From Amoebophrya sp. A120 (lineage: Eukaryota > Protista > Dinoflagellata): 64,000 nt of DNA. The notes under the pieces were generated by a model that made no database searches, was not told where the DNA came from, and saw only the letters and a program-made list of their open reading frames with translations. Positions 1 through 14,300 of this stretch are shown here, one piece after another. The stretch covers positions 4,543,694 to 4,607,693 of the forward strand of contig CAJINV010000002.1 in assembly GCA_905178155.1 (NCBI GenBank), written 5' to 3'. Positions within the stretch are counted from its first letter, which is position 1. Each line of letters opens with the position of its first letter. A program made the translations under genes and the position numbers.

Positions 1-925
1 GGGGCGCGGCCCGTTTCAGCTTTGTTGTCTTTTATTTCCGAGGCACCCCAAGCACAGGCAGAGGTCCTTCGGCGCAATTTCCGGAGAATTCTCTGCCCGG
101 CGTCGGGCAATTGCTCCGGGACGTTTGGGGACCTCTTTGAGGGGCATCATTCGCTGGGGTTTCGCGTTTTTTTTGGGGGCATCTTTTCACCCCTTCCGGA
201 GGCAGCCCCCGGGGCTTGCCGCCGACGCTTTCCTGGTAGTGCATTTACTGGCCCGCAGTCGCCTGGCAGGTCGCGCGGGGCCGGGCAGGCTTGCGCGGCC
301 GCGGGGGCATACCCCGGCAAAGGCTTCGGCGGGCTGCACGGCGGCCCGGCGGGCGGGCGGCGCCGCGGGGACTGAACTCGCACAGGCGCCGCGCTCGCGA
401 TTGGCGGCGGGCCCACCGACTATGTCTATGCGGTCGCGCACAGGGAGGGCGCATCCGCAAAGCCTTCGCCACGAACGTGGGCGCGCCGAATCGATGGGAA
501 ACCAAAAACGCGGCCCAATGTTGCGCGGCATCGTCGAGGTTTGCCCAACCTGTGCAACGCCTCTACTTGCTCGAAGTGTGTGTGCCCGCGCGGCGGGGCA
601 TGCGCATCGCCAACACATAGGGGCGCGCCCCTTGGTGCACTTCGGGACGCCGTGGCGCCTCGCCAACAGCGAATGCCACGCGGCGGGCCCTCCACGAAGT
701 GGGCCCCGGAGGAGCTTGACGTGGCCAGCCTCCAAGCTGATAGACACAGGCCCTGTGGGAACGGGGCGCGATGTCTTCGAGTGTCGCCCAAGTGCTCGGA
801 ACCCGAATCGTCATGCGAAAAAAAATGCATATCAAAATTTTCAGCATACTTGAAAAAAGCGTCGCTGACGCCACCATATTTGCGCGACCGTGAAAATTAT
901 ACGTCAAAAAAAATTGCTCTCCCCT
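1..925. mobile_element. GC-rich non-coding segment, possibly the end of another transposon
   Basis: Composition (GC-rich with short A/T tracts) resembles the cores of the larger elements here; ORFs are low-complexity R/A/G/P. Only one end is visible. Confidence 0.3.
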
Positions 926-1938
926 TATTGTTATTGTGGTATCGATCGCGTTTATTTTTATTTGTTATTGTCTATGTTTGTTTTATTGACCTCTTCCTTT
1001 TTGCGAGAGTATCCCAGGATATTCAATTTAACCTATTAATTTGTTGTTTCCGTAGTGTAGTATCTGTAACTGTATATTTTGACCACATGATTCTATAATT
1101 TCTTTTGCGTAAAAGATGGAATCTCACAGTGTCCGTTTGGATCGTCCTTCCGGTTCTCTGCGTGACTTGATGCAGAGTCTCGATTGACCCGGCGTTCTTC
1201 GTGTAGTTGCCAAATGACATATCGTTCTCTAGTGCACTTGCACCATTGCGCCCACGACGTTCACGGTCTTCTTCACCACAATTACTAGTCGCGCATCGCC
1301 GACGGATATTAACCGATGAAGGGAACCGATTTATTATTGGAATCCGAATGAAGCCTGCTTTTGCTTTTCCGTCCTGCTTCTTCGTCATTACGGTCTCCAT
1401 TGGTGGACTACAACCAGTAGCTCCTGACGAAGAGGCGCACAACTTCTACTGCAGAAAGTATAGAAATCATTTCTGCATCCAGTTCGATCGAAAGCCGACA
1501 TCATTATGTTGATTCAAGACCTGCTAAGTACCGCGGCGGGTTCTTGTCCAGCGAGCGACATCACTTTCCCCGCACGTGGGAACAACGAGATCGTCTGCCG
1601 GAAGATAAAGATATGGACGCAAGTTTCACTCGGGTGAACTTCTCTTGAACAAGAGAAGACAGCTCCTGCACATTACAACTTCTTGTTACGAGCGCGACCT
1701 TGCAAAACATGAGGACGTCGAGAGGACTATCACGAAGCTCTTTACGACGAGGACAATCTTCCGGTCTAGTCCACTCTGTAAAGTGACGAAGCGCGACAAA
1801 GATGAAAAAGCTCGGTCGACAGAAGAACCATACTTAAATCAGATCACCCACACGTCGACCAAGCCTGCGCCCGCCAGGTTCTACTCGAGGACGACGTCCT
1901 GACCACTTCGGTCTGACGAGATCAACACCAGCACAAAA

Positions 1939-2313
1939 ATGACCTGGAAGATAATATACCGGATCTGGGTGGGCGTCGGCATAATTGCCGTCGTCATCAC
2001 CTCGATTCGTCTCGGCGCCTTTGCGACGTACCGGAATCATCTACAAGAAGACGATGGAAAGATGAAAGCTGCTACTAGTACTAGAGCTGCTACTTCTACT
2101 AGTCCCGAGGACAATGGGGACGACATCAGCACAAAAGCGACGAGTCAGCCTGAACCTGCTGCTGCTGCTGCTGCACAGCAGGAAATAACTTTTATTCAAG
2201 AGCCCCAAGAACCTCCGAAGGACAACGTGAAACATGAACAACAAGAGGAACAAGCAGCGAAGGAAAAAAATGTTCTTCAAAAGGCAAGAGGCCTGTTGCT
2301 TCATTATCATCAC
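1939..2313 (+). CDS. Probable first coding exon, encoding a signal peptide/signal anchor
   Basis: ATG at 1939 in an A-rich context (caaaaATG); MTWKIIYRIWVGVGIIAVVITSIRLGAFA is basic then hydrophobic; joins in frame to 2471 across the element at 2314-2465. Confidence 0.75.
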
Positions 2314-5300
2314 TATGCAATACAAATTTCCCGAAGATCAAGATGTTGATGTACAAGATGCATCACAAATTTCGTGTAAAACTTGTCATGCTAAACTAGC
2401 AAAGAAGAAAAGTTTTGCCATGTAGAGACCGCATTTGTACGTGTACGGGAAATTTACTGTGGATAATCACGATCATGAACATGATGCTGATAAGCCCCAC
2501 CGACCTACCGTTACTGACCGGATGGCAGAGGTCGAGGCCCGATGGGGGCAGAAACATCAACATGGCCGAGATGATCTCGCAAATAAAATCGGGGAAGATC
2601 CTGATGATGATGCTGGCGCAACTGGTGATGAAGATGACGATACCGATTCGCAGGAAGTACCGACCACAAGCAGAGGACATGTAGAGCACCTTCACATAGA
2701 TGAAGAGGGTGACGGGGTCGTAGACGTTTCGCTGATATCCTGTGCAAAAGTATCTGATACTCGTATTGCAGTCATGCGTTGCAAATCATTTTCTTTTTCT
2801 TAAGGTGCAAAGGCATTACAAATTTCATTTCTCATGCTGAGGAAATTTGTATATGCATTTATACATTCAAACACGATACTTTTGCAAAAATCCATAGCTA
2901 ACTAGGCAGCAGCTGCGCAACTTGCTAGCTGGAAAGGAAAGAAATGCAGAGGAAGATGATGAAGAAGATCATGCTTCTCATGACCCACGTCGTTATTTGC
3001 ATTTGCGCGATGGCGATAAAAAACAAACAAAGCGGGACAAGAGTCTCCGGGAGTTTATAAGCCGGGAGGATCTTATTTCAGCAGTATCGGACGAAGAAGT
3101 GAAAAACGAAGAGCAAAAAAGAAAAACGACTAGACAAACTCAGGTTGAAAATAAAGATAAAGAACCTCCACAAGAAGTAGCAGGAGAAATAAATCAACTT
3201 CTAGTACAACCAGTCGAAACAACAACATCCTCAGCTGAAGGTGCGACTTCCTCGGTAGGAGGTCTTGACAGCGAAGAGGAAGAAATTCTCGCTCCAGACG
3301 GCAGAGGGACTGAAGTCCTCGGGGTCATTCCAGCGGGGGAAGAAGTAGAGGACCAACTGCTAGCAGATGAGCAGTTTGCCGCTGCGTCCGTAGTTCCAGT
3401 TCCCGTGCAGGGGCCAGGGGAACAAATGAGTACGCAGGCTTCTCCTGCGATTCCTGTCACTGATGTGAAGAACGACCTAGATACAGCAGCAGGCCCGATA
3501 TTTTCATCAACGCCACCTAGTAGCAGAAGTACAACTACTGCGAGTAATGATAACATCGTCCACGACGTTGAGGACCCGGCGGTTGCCGGAGGCGACGTAC
3601 TAGCGCAGCAAAATATAGAACAAGAACACGCGCCGCCATCATCATCTTCACAGGAAGAAGCTTCTTCTGCAGCTGCGACGACATCGGGTCGTATTGCAAA
3701 AACATCAATAAATACCGATAGCACTAGCACACTTGATGAAAAAGAAAATCCGGAGCAGCAGGTCCAAATAAAGCATGAGAACAACGACCTCCGCGGCGAA
3801 GCGGTAGAAGGAGTAGCAACGATAGTGGCCCATGAAGATGATGTCGCACCAGCAGAACAGCCGGCGCAAGAACTAGTACCTGAACCAGCAGCAAAAGCCT
3901 CGATCCCGGGGTCCTCCCTCTCGTCCGCTGGCACCACACGGATCCAGGCGGAGAAAGCGCAGCTATTGATGCAGAGACGACAAGCGGAACAGGTGCAGCA
4001 CCAGCAGAAGCGAGAAATAACCGAGAAACGCGAGATGAAGACGAGCTCTAGAAGTCTTGCTTCCAGTGCGACATCTCCAGGTGAAGACGGGAAAATGACG
4101 GAGCAGAATCAATTTGACGAGCAGATGGAACGGGATATGAAAAGCGGGAACGCCGCGACGTTCGGCAACGCGCAAACTTACGACGACCCAACCACGGAGG
4201 AGATCGAAGCGCTAGTGGACGACTACCAATTGAAAAAAGAATTCGACCAGATGTTATGCAATGTAAATTTCCCGTACATGTACAAAATGCATGACAAATT
4301 TCGCTGACTTGCAGTGTCCAACTTGTCATGCTAGACTAGGATTGAAGGCAAGTTTTGTCATGCAGAGACTCCATGTGTACGTGTACGGGAAATTTACTGT
4401 GGATAGATGTACGAAAAGTGCTACGACCCGCAGTGTATGCATTGCAAAAGTATCGTACTCGTTTGAATGCAAATCTTCCATGACAAATCTCGTTCTCAAG
4501 GGAAACCAGCATGACAAACTTGATTTCTCATGCTGAGGAAATTTGTAATGCAATTTACTATTAGAAGAAGTGCGATACTTTTGCAGTTCATACAGTGCAC
4601 TCAGCTGGTGTTCAAAATTATGTGCGGCACGAGGGTGGTCTGCGTGCCAGATGCCAGCACAACTTTCCTCACGCAAAAGCTCGAGGCCGATCGGGCGCGA
4701 TTCAAAGCGAACAGCCTGCTCAAGCCTGGCGCCGGTGGGCCGGGGATAATTATGTCACCGGAAGAGGATTACCAAAAAATGCAAACATGTCCGGGTCTGG
4801 AACAACACCCAAACTTGTGATGCTTCGTCTGGATCATGCTAAAAAAACCTGTATTGCATGACCAGCAAGAGGATTCAAATTTGGCTACGCGGTGGAAAGG
4901 GCATTTATCATGCTGGATGCGCATAGATAAAAAGCGCTCAAAAAATCGGTGATGCTATGGCATACATCACAGACATCATGGACCATGGAAAGTGTGCATG
5001 ACAAACTTGTGCTCTTCCAGATGACTCAGACATTTTTGCATCTGATAAGGATCAGGAATTCAAGAACACCACGCCAGCGGGTCCTAGTTCGTCGTCGTCC
5101 GGAAACGTAAATCCCTTCGCTTTCAACCGCCAGTTTCATCCTAGACCAGAGGACGAGAACCCGCTGGATGTCGCTTTGCTGGATTCACAAACGTATCCTG
5201 TGCAAAAGTATCTGATACTCGTATTGCAGTGATGCATTACAAATCTTTTTGTGAAAGAAAATCAGCATTACAAATTTTATTTCTCATGCTGAGGAAATTT

Positions 5301-8300
5301 GTAATGCATTTATACGAGTACGATACTTGTTCTGCAGCTGCATAAAACGCCTTTTTTCGCCGTGGAGCAGAAAGAAGCGGAACTTCACGACCACGGGCAG
5401 CAAGGAGCTACTTCTTACGCAATGCAAAAGCATCGCAATAGAAGAAATCGCATCACAAATTTTGTCAACATTAAAAAAATAGCAGTGAATTTGTAATGGT
5501 GAATATGGCCACACAGAGGTAGATCTGTTATGCACGATTGCGTCGAGTGGTACTGGTACTCGTACGAGTGCCATGATGCTTTTGCTGTGCATACTTCTGG
5601 TGGAGCAGCCGCGCGCCCGCTCCCGATGGACACCACCATGGAAAAGTTGGCCACCCTCGCGGCACATTGCGAGGCGGACGAACTTTGCACGGCTTTCATC
5701 TCTTTCGACGATGACACGCTGCGGACGCGGGAAGTACCCCCCGCGGAGGTGGCAGAAAAGGAGGAAAAGGAACTCAGCAAAAGAATCGACGAACTGTACA
5801 ACTCCGCATTTAACACAGCAATATCAAATGCAAATATGTCTGGGCCTGGAAACTTGAGTTGCTGATTCTTGCACTGCAGACTGGTCGGTTGTACGGTATA
5901 ACAGCATGACAAGTTATCCTCGCCCCATTGCGGGCTCATTCGTGTTTAGCATGACAAGCTGACTCCATCCAGCACGACAAAAATAAGAATGGTCAATCGT
6001 ATTTATGCATCACAGAGACAGATCTTGTTGTCCCTGAGCTTGAGGTCTCGCAGTACAAATCTAGACCCAAATGACGCATTTGCATTTGATAAGGAAATGT
6101 AGTTGACAACGGTGAGGGCGAGCTGCATTCCTCTGCTTCTACGACTGGTGGAGGGGTGTTGAGCGACATCAAAGATAAACACTCTCCTCAGCCCTTGGAC
6201 TTGCATCTGGCGGAGGATTATCAACTGTAAAAATGTCTGGGTCTGGAAGAGTGTAAACTTGTCATGCAGGTTTTTTATGACCCATGAGGTCTGTGATGCG
6301 GAACCTAGCACGACAGACTCTGTGAGGTCTCTGCCATGCCTATCCTGCATGAGTAGAAACTCCCTCCCAACTCGGTCGAAAGTGGACAGCTTTTGGCACT
6401 CATGCAACACAGATTTTTTCATGATTCGGATTTACCATGACAAGTTGCAATCTTCCAGACCCAGACATATTTGCAATCCATAAGGATTCGATCAAGTTCG
6501 GGGACTTTTTCGATGTCTACGAAGACGAGGAGATATTGGAACACATCCGAAATACTGCGGCACGGAAGCAATTAGCTGTGTCAGATTTTAGGACAATGTC
6601 AAACAGTTTGACTGATGAAGTAACGCAAAGAGGAACGTATCAACGGGCCCCGGGGACCATGGTATGAACTACTGCAAAAGTATCCGATACTCGTATAAAT
6701 GCATTACGAATTTTCTCAGCATGAGAAATGTAATTTGTAATGCGGATTTATTTTAGGAAAAAAAATTGTAATGCATGATTGCAATACGAGTGTGATACTT
6801 TTGCACAGGATACATCGACATGGACGAGTATATATCAACTGTAAAAATGTCTGGGTCTGGGAGAATCCAGCTTGTCATGCTGATTTTGGATTCTAAAAAA
6901 ATCTGTACTGCATGAGCAGCAATAAAGAGAGCCCAAGCTTTGCTACACGGAAAGAGCATTTGCCATGCGGTATAGGCATCAGGAAGCCCTCACAAAATCT
7001 GTGATGCATGGGCACGCATCACAGACATCAGGAGTCATGCAACATGTGCATGACGAACCTGGCAATCTTCCAGACCCAGACATTTTTACATTTGATAGTA
7101 TATCAGGATGAAAAATTATCCCCCCTCTCATATCAAAACGAAGTTTCTGATGCTGGCTCTGCGTTGTACACAAATGAGATTTGTCTTGCTGGCAAGGCTG
7201 CAGCCAGGCCCATATCAAGCCTGCAACACAGAGACGATTTGTGGTCACAAATGAGCAACGCAAATTTTCGAAAACGTACCTTGTCAATACGGGCGGGGGG
7301 GGAATAAATATCCTCGCGATAGAGTACGTGACGAATACAATCGCGAAGGAACATATCGCAGGAAAAAAATGTTTCACTGTAAACTTGTAATGCGCAGAGA
7401 TGAAGGCACCCCATCCCCAGAAGGATTTGTCTTGCTACACATGCAAGACAATGGATTTTTTTAGCTGTCTTTTCCCTTAGGAACCTAGCATCACAAAAAA
7501 TTTTCTCTGTCATGTTGAGCAAACCTGTTCTGCAAAACTTGCAAATCGTTTACAAAATCCTTACAGTGAAACACTTTTTTCTTGCGATAGAAAACGAAAT
7601 ACTCGGGGAGGACGCTGACTACAGAGAAGGTGATGAAAGTAAACGTGAGCCGGGTCGTACATATCCAAGAAAGAAACGTTGTTAGTGTAAATTTGTGATG
7701 CGCAACGTGCAAGATGATTGCGTCTGTCATGCTTGGCATGCATCGTAGGGTCCATTAAAGGGCGTTTTCGCGTACTATCTGCGCATGACAGGTTTTTGCT
7801 GTCATGCCAGACAAATTTGTAATGCTGTTCCTCCAAAAAAGTTACACCTACAATGTTTTTTTCTTAGATAGTACAACTGCCAGGAGTACTAGACGCGACG
7901 TCGACGCTGTTGCGCCGCCCAGCGAGGATGAGGATGACCTTGACGACCTCGACGATTTTATCGCAAGAAAAAACTGTTTCACTGTGAACTTGTGATGCAG
8001 AAAATGGATCGCAGAAGTGTGTGTCATCTACACATGCAAGACAGTGGATTTCTAGCTGTGTCTTCCCCGCCTAGGAACCCCGTATGACAGATTTTCAGTG
8101 TCATGCGGAACAAACTTGTGATGCAGATTTTGCAAAATCACCACAGTGAAGCAGTTTTTTCGTGGGATAGATTTGGACGAGGAAAAAGAGTTTGAGGAGG
8201 ATTTTCTTTTGTTCGAGCGGGCGCGCAACGCAGTGGGTCTCCCCATTGGCTGTCCGTTGGACTCGGGCGCGCTCATCATTGCCTCTATGCCCACCATATC

Positions 8301-11300
8301 CTGTGCAAAAGTATCGTACTCGTATTGCAATCATGCATTACAAATCTTTTTCTCAAGGTCACTCAGCATTACAAAATTCATTTCCCATGCTGAGGAAATT
8401 TGTAATGCATTTCTACGAGTACGATACTTTTACAGTTGATACACCAAGGAGAGTCAGTTTGGCAACACCGCCGGAGCACTCGATATCGATGTGGCCGCGG
8501 CGCAGCTGAGAGCAGAGAGGAACAAAAATATTGACCACAAAGGCAAGGAAGTACAACAGACTGCGCAGCAGGTGGAGCCCGATGGTAGTGCAACAGGAGC
8601 CGAAGGAGAAGATGTTCTTGCTGCAACTACAGCTGCAGCTCCAGGCACTAGCGACAGCGATCAAGACACTGTAGCTGCCCCAGCAATTACCACCTCGGAA
8701 GATGTTGATAAAGAAAAAACATCAGGTGGCTCTTTTCAACAAGAACAAGCGAAAAATCCGTACCAGGGCACGGATGAGCTCCATGCGCTGGGGCCCGAAT
8801 ATCAGCTAGGTTTTGGGAGGTTCAGCTACAGCAAATTTCTGGACCCGTATGCAAAGCAAATGTATCGTACTCCTCGTGGTATTGCAATACAGATTAGCTC
8901 AGCATGACAAATGGAATTTCTCATGCGGATTTAGCTCCAAAAAGAAATCTGTCTTGCATGACTGCGATAATTAGTACGAGTGCGATACTTTTGCAAAGGA
9001 TAACCCGGGGTGGAAGACAAAAAACAAATTGTGTGACAAAGAGGAGCTCCCGTTGCTGCGTGCCCCGCTGAAAACCACAGTGACGGTCGACAGTGTTGTC
9101 TTCGAGAAAACTGCCATGGAGGAGGAGGAAAGGGAGCTAAAGCGGTTCAGCAAAGAAAATGAAAGGGACAAGACGACTCATTCTACATTCACGGAAGTCC
9201 TCCTTGATGAAGTCAAGACAACCAATGCAGCAGCTGCTGCTGCTCACACTGCTTTTCTGGCGGAAGACCCGGGGACTCTGGGTCAAAGAACTACTGGCGC
9301 AAAAACTTCCTCCACTGTCAGCGTGGACGAAGCCGGTGCAGCAAGCCTGGTCGAGATTGAAGACGAGGAGGACGCAGAGTCGATATAGCGTCGTAAAAGT
9401 TGTATTTGACTAAGACCGTAAAAAAATTTTTGCGCGCATTTTTTCGCGGCGCCTATCTAGTAAACCTGTGCACGCAGACAAAAGGTCAATCCCAGTGCCG
9501 TTTATTTTGGCCCGCCTATGCGAAGCGCTTCTCAATAGCTAAATATGGACTGCTGCGGAGGTGAACGATTGCGGATCTGCCTCGGAGCGCCCTTAAAGCC
9601 CCGAGCTGCTTCAGCAGGTCCTCACGCAGGTCAGCGGCTAGGCAATGGGTCTCACTTTGTGCAGGTCGGTCGGAGTCGAGGGCGCAAATGGAACTGCCCG
9701 CGGCTGCGTTTCCAGTTGGTTCTAATGCCGTGCAGCTGTGCGCGCGTGTACCGGCACGCACGCGCGCTTTTTGCCTTTGTGGTTTTTTCTTGAAAAAGCG
9801 AGAAAGCCGACAGCCTCTCGGACGGGGTTCCCGGAGGGGCTCTGGGACCCCTTTTGGGGAGGGGTAGTACCATCGTGATTCAAAGAAAAAAAGATGGGCT
9901 TTTTGCTAGGGTTCCGGGCACCCCTCCGCCCCCCCCTTTTTGTTAGGGTTCCGGAAAGGCCTTCGCGACTAACATATGTGCGCGGAACTCGCTAGAGACA
10001 ACATCGCCAGGGCCTGCGTAGACATCTCTTGGGGCGTTTGCAGCTTCGCATCTTGATCCAGGCCATAGCTGCAAACAGCTGCAGTGGGCGAGCAATCCGG
10101 AAAAAGGAGCGAAGCGTTGTGAGTGCCCGGCGCTTTCTCTGTGAAAGCATCAGCCGCGAAACAATCCTCAGCGCCCCGCCCTCCTCCATGTCATTCTCCG
10201 CATAGCGGGCAGAGAATTGCTTCTGATAAGCTAGCTAAAACAAACGGCGCTCAAGTCAGTCTCTCACTCGCGTGCACGGGTTTAGTAGCAACACGCCGCG
10301 AAAAAATGCGCGCAGAAAATTTTTTACGGCTTTAGCCAAGTACAACTTTTACGACGCTATAAAGCCTGGTCGAGATTGAAGACGAGGAGGACGCAGAGTC
10401 GGCTTTTGATGTAGGCCCTAAAAAATCCATCTCTACGCCCATCTTTTCAAAATTTGCTCTATCGGTTTGCCGCCATTTCGTTGCATTCTCATACATAAAG
10501 CCTCTCGAGCAGCTCGACCGCAGATCCTGGCTGGCGATATTGCCTGACAGATTTTCCGGGTCTTGTTTTTCTTTTTGCAGCTTGGTGGAGGAGTGTGGTA
10601 GGAGTTGTGAGGCCAACTTGTCATGCACATCTCCGCGACATGCAGAAACAAGAACAAAACCGGGAGAATTTTACTGGGTGCGCGCCAAGTCCTGAACCGC
10701 TAGGGGTTTGGGAAGCTGCGCAGAAGATGCGGTGGGCGCTGTTTCCGAATCAGGCCCAAGCCAGGCCGGGGCTGATAAGAGGGGGGGCGCAGCCTTTCGC
10801 TTGGCTGCGCCTTGTGGAGGGTAAATTCGCCGGGGGCATTTTCCGCGTTTGTCGCTATTGCCGGGCGCCTTGCCTTACCTGCGCAAGCAGAGGCGCGCTC
10901 AGGGTCCATGGCCTCATATGATTGGGAGGCTCGTTTGGGTGGCTTTTCTCTTTGGGGTCTTTGGCTTGCGTTTCTGCCCCGGGCCTCGGGGCAGAAATAG
11001 AACAGCCCGGCTTGGCGCGTTTGCAAAGGCGGACGCGCAGCCGCCATCGAAGAGGCGCTACGCGATAATCGGCGAGGGCGCCACGCAATCAACTGGCCAA
11101 AATTTGAAAAGATGGGCGAAAAGGTGGATATTTTAGGGCCTTCATTTGAGATTGAAGATGAGGAGGACGCAGAGTCGGCTTTTGATGTTGATCTCGATGC
11201 TGGTCTTGAAGACATCGCTGAGCAGAAGGAAGAAGGGCCGGAAATACTGAATGAACCACCCGAGCATTCTTCGCCCCCCATGCGTGTATCCCCGACTTCA

Positions 11301-14300
11301 TCCCCATCAAGGGTTCCACCTTCTGCAACACGACGACAGTACACGGTTCCAAAGCGACCCTCGAAGTTTTTCCAGAAGGAGCTTTTGCGGCAACAAATGG
11401 AACAGGGAAGGATGAAAAGTTCTTCTTTTTCTCAACAGGGGAAGGAATTCCCCAATTCATCTGAAGAGGTGGTAGACCACGACTTGCATGATCAGGGAGC
11501 AGCAGTAGAGTCTGCTGCCAAGAATGCCGGCGCGCAACAAGCGGCAAGTACTATCCCGACAGCGAGCAGATTCGCGTTTGCCCGTGCCCAAGATGGTAGT
11601 AGTACGCCAGGGCAGCACCTCCACGACGGCAAAAATGATCCAGCTGAAGAGGATGCTGATGAGGAGGGCACAACCCCGCCGGTTCAAAAGGAAAATAACC
11701 CAACCCCGCCCACCGCCGCGCAAGTTGTAAAAGAACCTCCGAACTACAATAACAAAGTAGGACCTGATTCCGGAGGTGATAAAGATAAAGAAGAGACTGT
11801 CGCGCGACGATGTGGGATTCTCAATTGTTACATTGTCAGCTGTTACATGAATTTGTGATGGTACAAGAGTGAAACAGGGAGAGGCCGGATCTTGCAACTC
11901 TTGCATTACAAATTCGGCACAGATTCCCATGCTGTTTAGCCCTTCCAAAATTTGTAATGCGAAGTAGCTCCACCGTTTGCGTTTGGACGCTGATGCTCAT
12001 TTTGCATGGCAAATCATGTAACAGTTGAGAGTGTAACATTTGAGAACGCCATAGACGAGCCGTGCGCGTTATCGAAGCGGTGTCAACGCCTCGGCGAATC
12101 CTCACGGCCGAGAGCAGCAGCTTCATGGACATAAACCAAGGCATATCACAGGCAAAAGTGTATAGCGTCAATGGAATTTGTGTTGCAGTAATGCATCAAA
12201 AAACGTGCCCAAATTTGTCATGCATACCATGCATACAGATACAACAAGGCAAAATTTGTCATGCATGTTTGCAATCTAATATGAGATCCGCCACCGTTAG
12301 CACTTTTTCCTTTGATAAGGCACCAACCCCTTTGCAGAGGCGATGAGCCCGAACGTCGCCGCGTTTCACCAACCCACACCCGAACTGCACTCGAACGCCG
12401 CTAGTAGAAGTGCGGCCCTGGGGAGTACGGACTCGTTGACCAACCCGCGGGGGGGTGGGAAAGGCCGGTTTGGCACCGACGGCCTGTCCGATGACCTGGA
12501 GGAAACCAACGAGAGCATGCTACAACAGCGGTACAAAACTACCCGGCCCCTGTATCAAAAGGAAAAATCCCGCCTCCCCATATCAAAACGAAGCTTCTGA
12601 TGCTGGATTTCCGTACACCAATCAGATCTTCCTTGCAGTAGAGGACTGTAGACATACGCCAAGCCTGAATGGAGAGGTTTTGGCAGAGGCAACTAGCATG
12701 ACAAACGTCTAGGCTGTAAGCCCAACAGCATGTTGACAAACCGCCTCCATAATGCGGCGGACTCTCTGGGTTCGCCTTCTTGCAACACAGAGAGTATTTG
12801 TGGTCACAAATCTGCATCACAAATTTTCAGACGAGTGCGTTTTCAGTATGGGGAGGGGGGATTTTTCCTCACAATACCCTGTACGTGAAAAAGCAAGCTT
12901 ACGAGACCGCGAAGCAAACCTATGGATGTGTCAGGATCGAAATTGTCAAAAATGAAACAGTTTGTCATGCATAAAATGCAGCGCAGAGGCAGAGATTGTC
13001 TCTATTGCAGAGGACGCAAGAGAGGCAGACTGTAAGCCTGTGGAGGGGTAGAAGTAGAGCTGCTCAAGTAGCATGACAAAAGGCGTCGTCCTTACCCAAA
13101 CAGCATGACAAATTGGATTGAGATAATTCTACCCAAATTTGTCATGCGCCACAAAATGCCAGCCCGTAGTAGCACAGTCTGTTTTTGTCATGCGCCACCT
13201 GGAAACTGGGACTCAACTGGCCTCCATTTGATTATGCATGGCAAATTATTTCAGCTTTGTCGATTTCGACCCTGACAGTTCCATAAAACCAAAAAAGTGC
13301 TACTCGGGTATCTAATCTCGAAAAAATACATGTCCACGCCAAATCCACTGACAAACAAAATCCACGGCGCAGCGTTGCAGCCAGCAGATATTCGCAAATT
13401 GCTCGGTGTTACAACTGAAGAAGAAGCGGCACTACAAGAACCCGCTATGGACGAAGAAAAGTTGGTCGCGGCGGAACAAGCGATAGAGGAAGAAAAGTTG
13501 CAATTGGACGAAACGGAAGAGAAAATGAAGTTTCTAAGCGCGTCCGCCCGACGTCGAATTATTGAAAAAGAAGCGGCACTCGCCAACCAATTGGAGGAGG
13601 ACCAGGACCGGCTTGCTGCGATGGGAGTTGTGCGAGACAAAGATGGAAACTGGAGGAAAACGCGAAGAAGAATATGCATTGCAAAAGTATCGTACTCGTA
13701 CTGATTGCGTTTATGCATTACAAATCTCTTTATTAAGGCAAATCCGCATTACCAATTCAATTTGTAGTGCTAAGTGAATTTGTAATGCAATTTATACTAG
13801 TAAGTAAGTACGATACGTTTGCACTTCATAAAGCAAAAAAAAGCGCAAAAAGCAAACTTTGCAGGAAGTGTTCCGCGACCGCAAACCGACTTCCCAGTTT
13901 GCATTTCGGGCACAGGATGCACTGCAAATGTGTCTGGGTCTGGTAACTTGTAATGCTGCGATGGGAATAGTGAATGCTCTGTAATGCACAGCCCAGCATA
14001 AGAAATACTTATCTGCGCTACTTTGTGTTGCGTTTTTCGCATGACGAGCTGCGTTTTTGCATGACAGGCGAAAGGGTCTCTTGTTGGACACGCATCGCAA
14101 ACTTTTTGATCATGCCAGACAAGCGTGACAAATCTCGCAATCTTCCCGACCCGGACACTTTTGCATTTGATAGGCAGCAGTCCAACGCAAAATTTGGCGC
14201 GCGCATGATCGAAGAGCTCCGCGAACAGGAAACGGCCGCACTGCTCGATATGGCGTTCTCAAACGTATACATTCTCAGCTGTTACATGATTTTTTGCCAT

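Noticed and set aside
926-1938. Upstream or divergent gene, or a dinoflagellate spliced-leader relic
   Set aside because: Only short unconvincing ORFs, no introners, and no match to the SL sequence seen. Probably intergenic or 5' UTR.
9386-9388. Gene end at the TAG of ORF 9029-9388 (likewise the TGA at 17534-17536)
   Set aside because: The first stop lies in the L1 TIR and the second in the GT-AG intron; the frame continues after removal.
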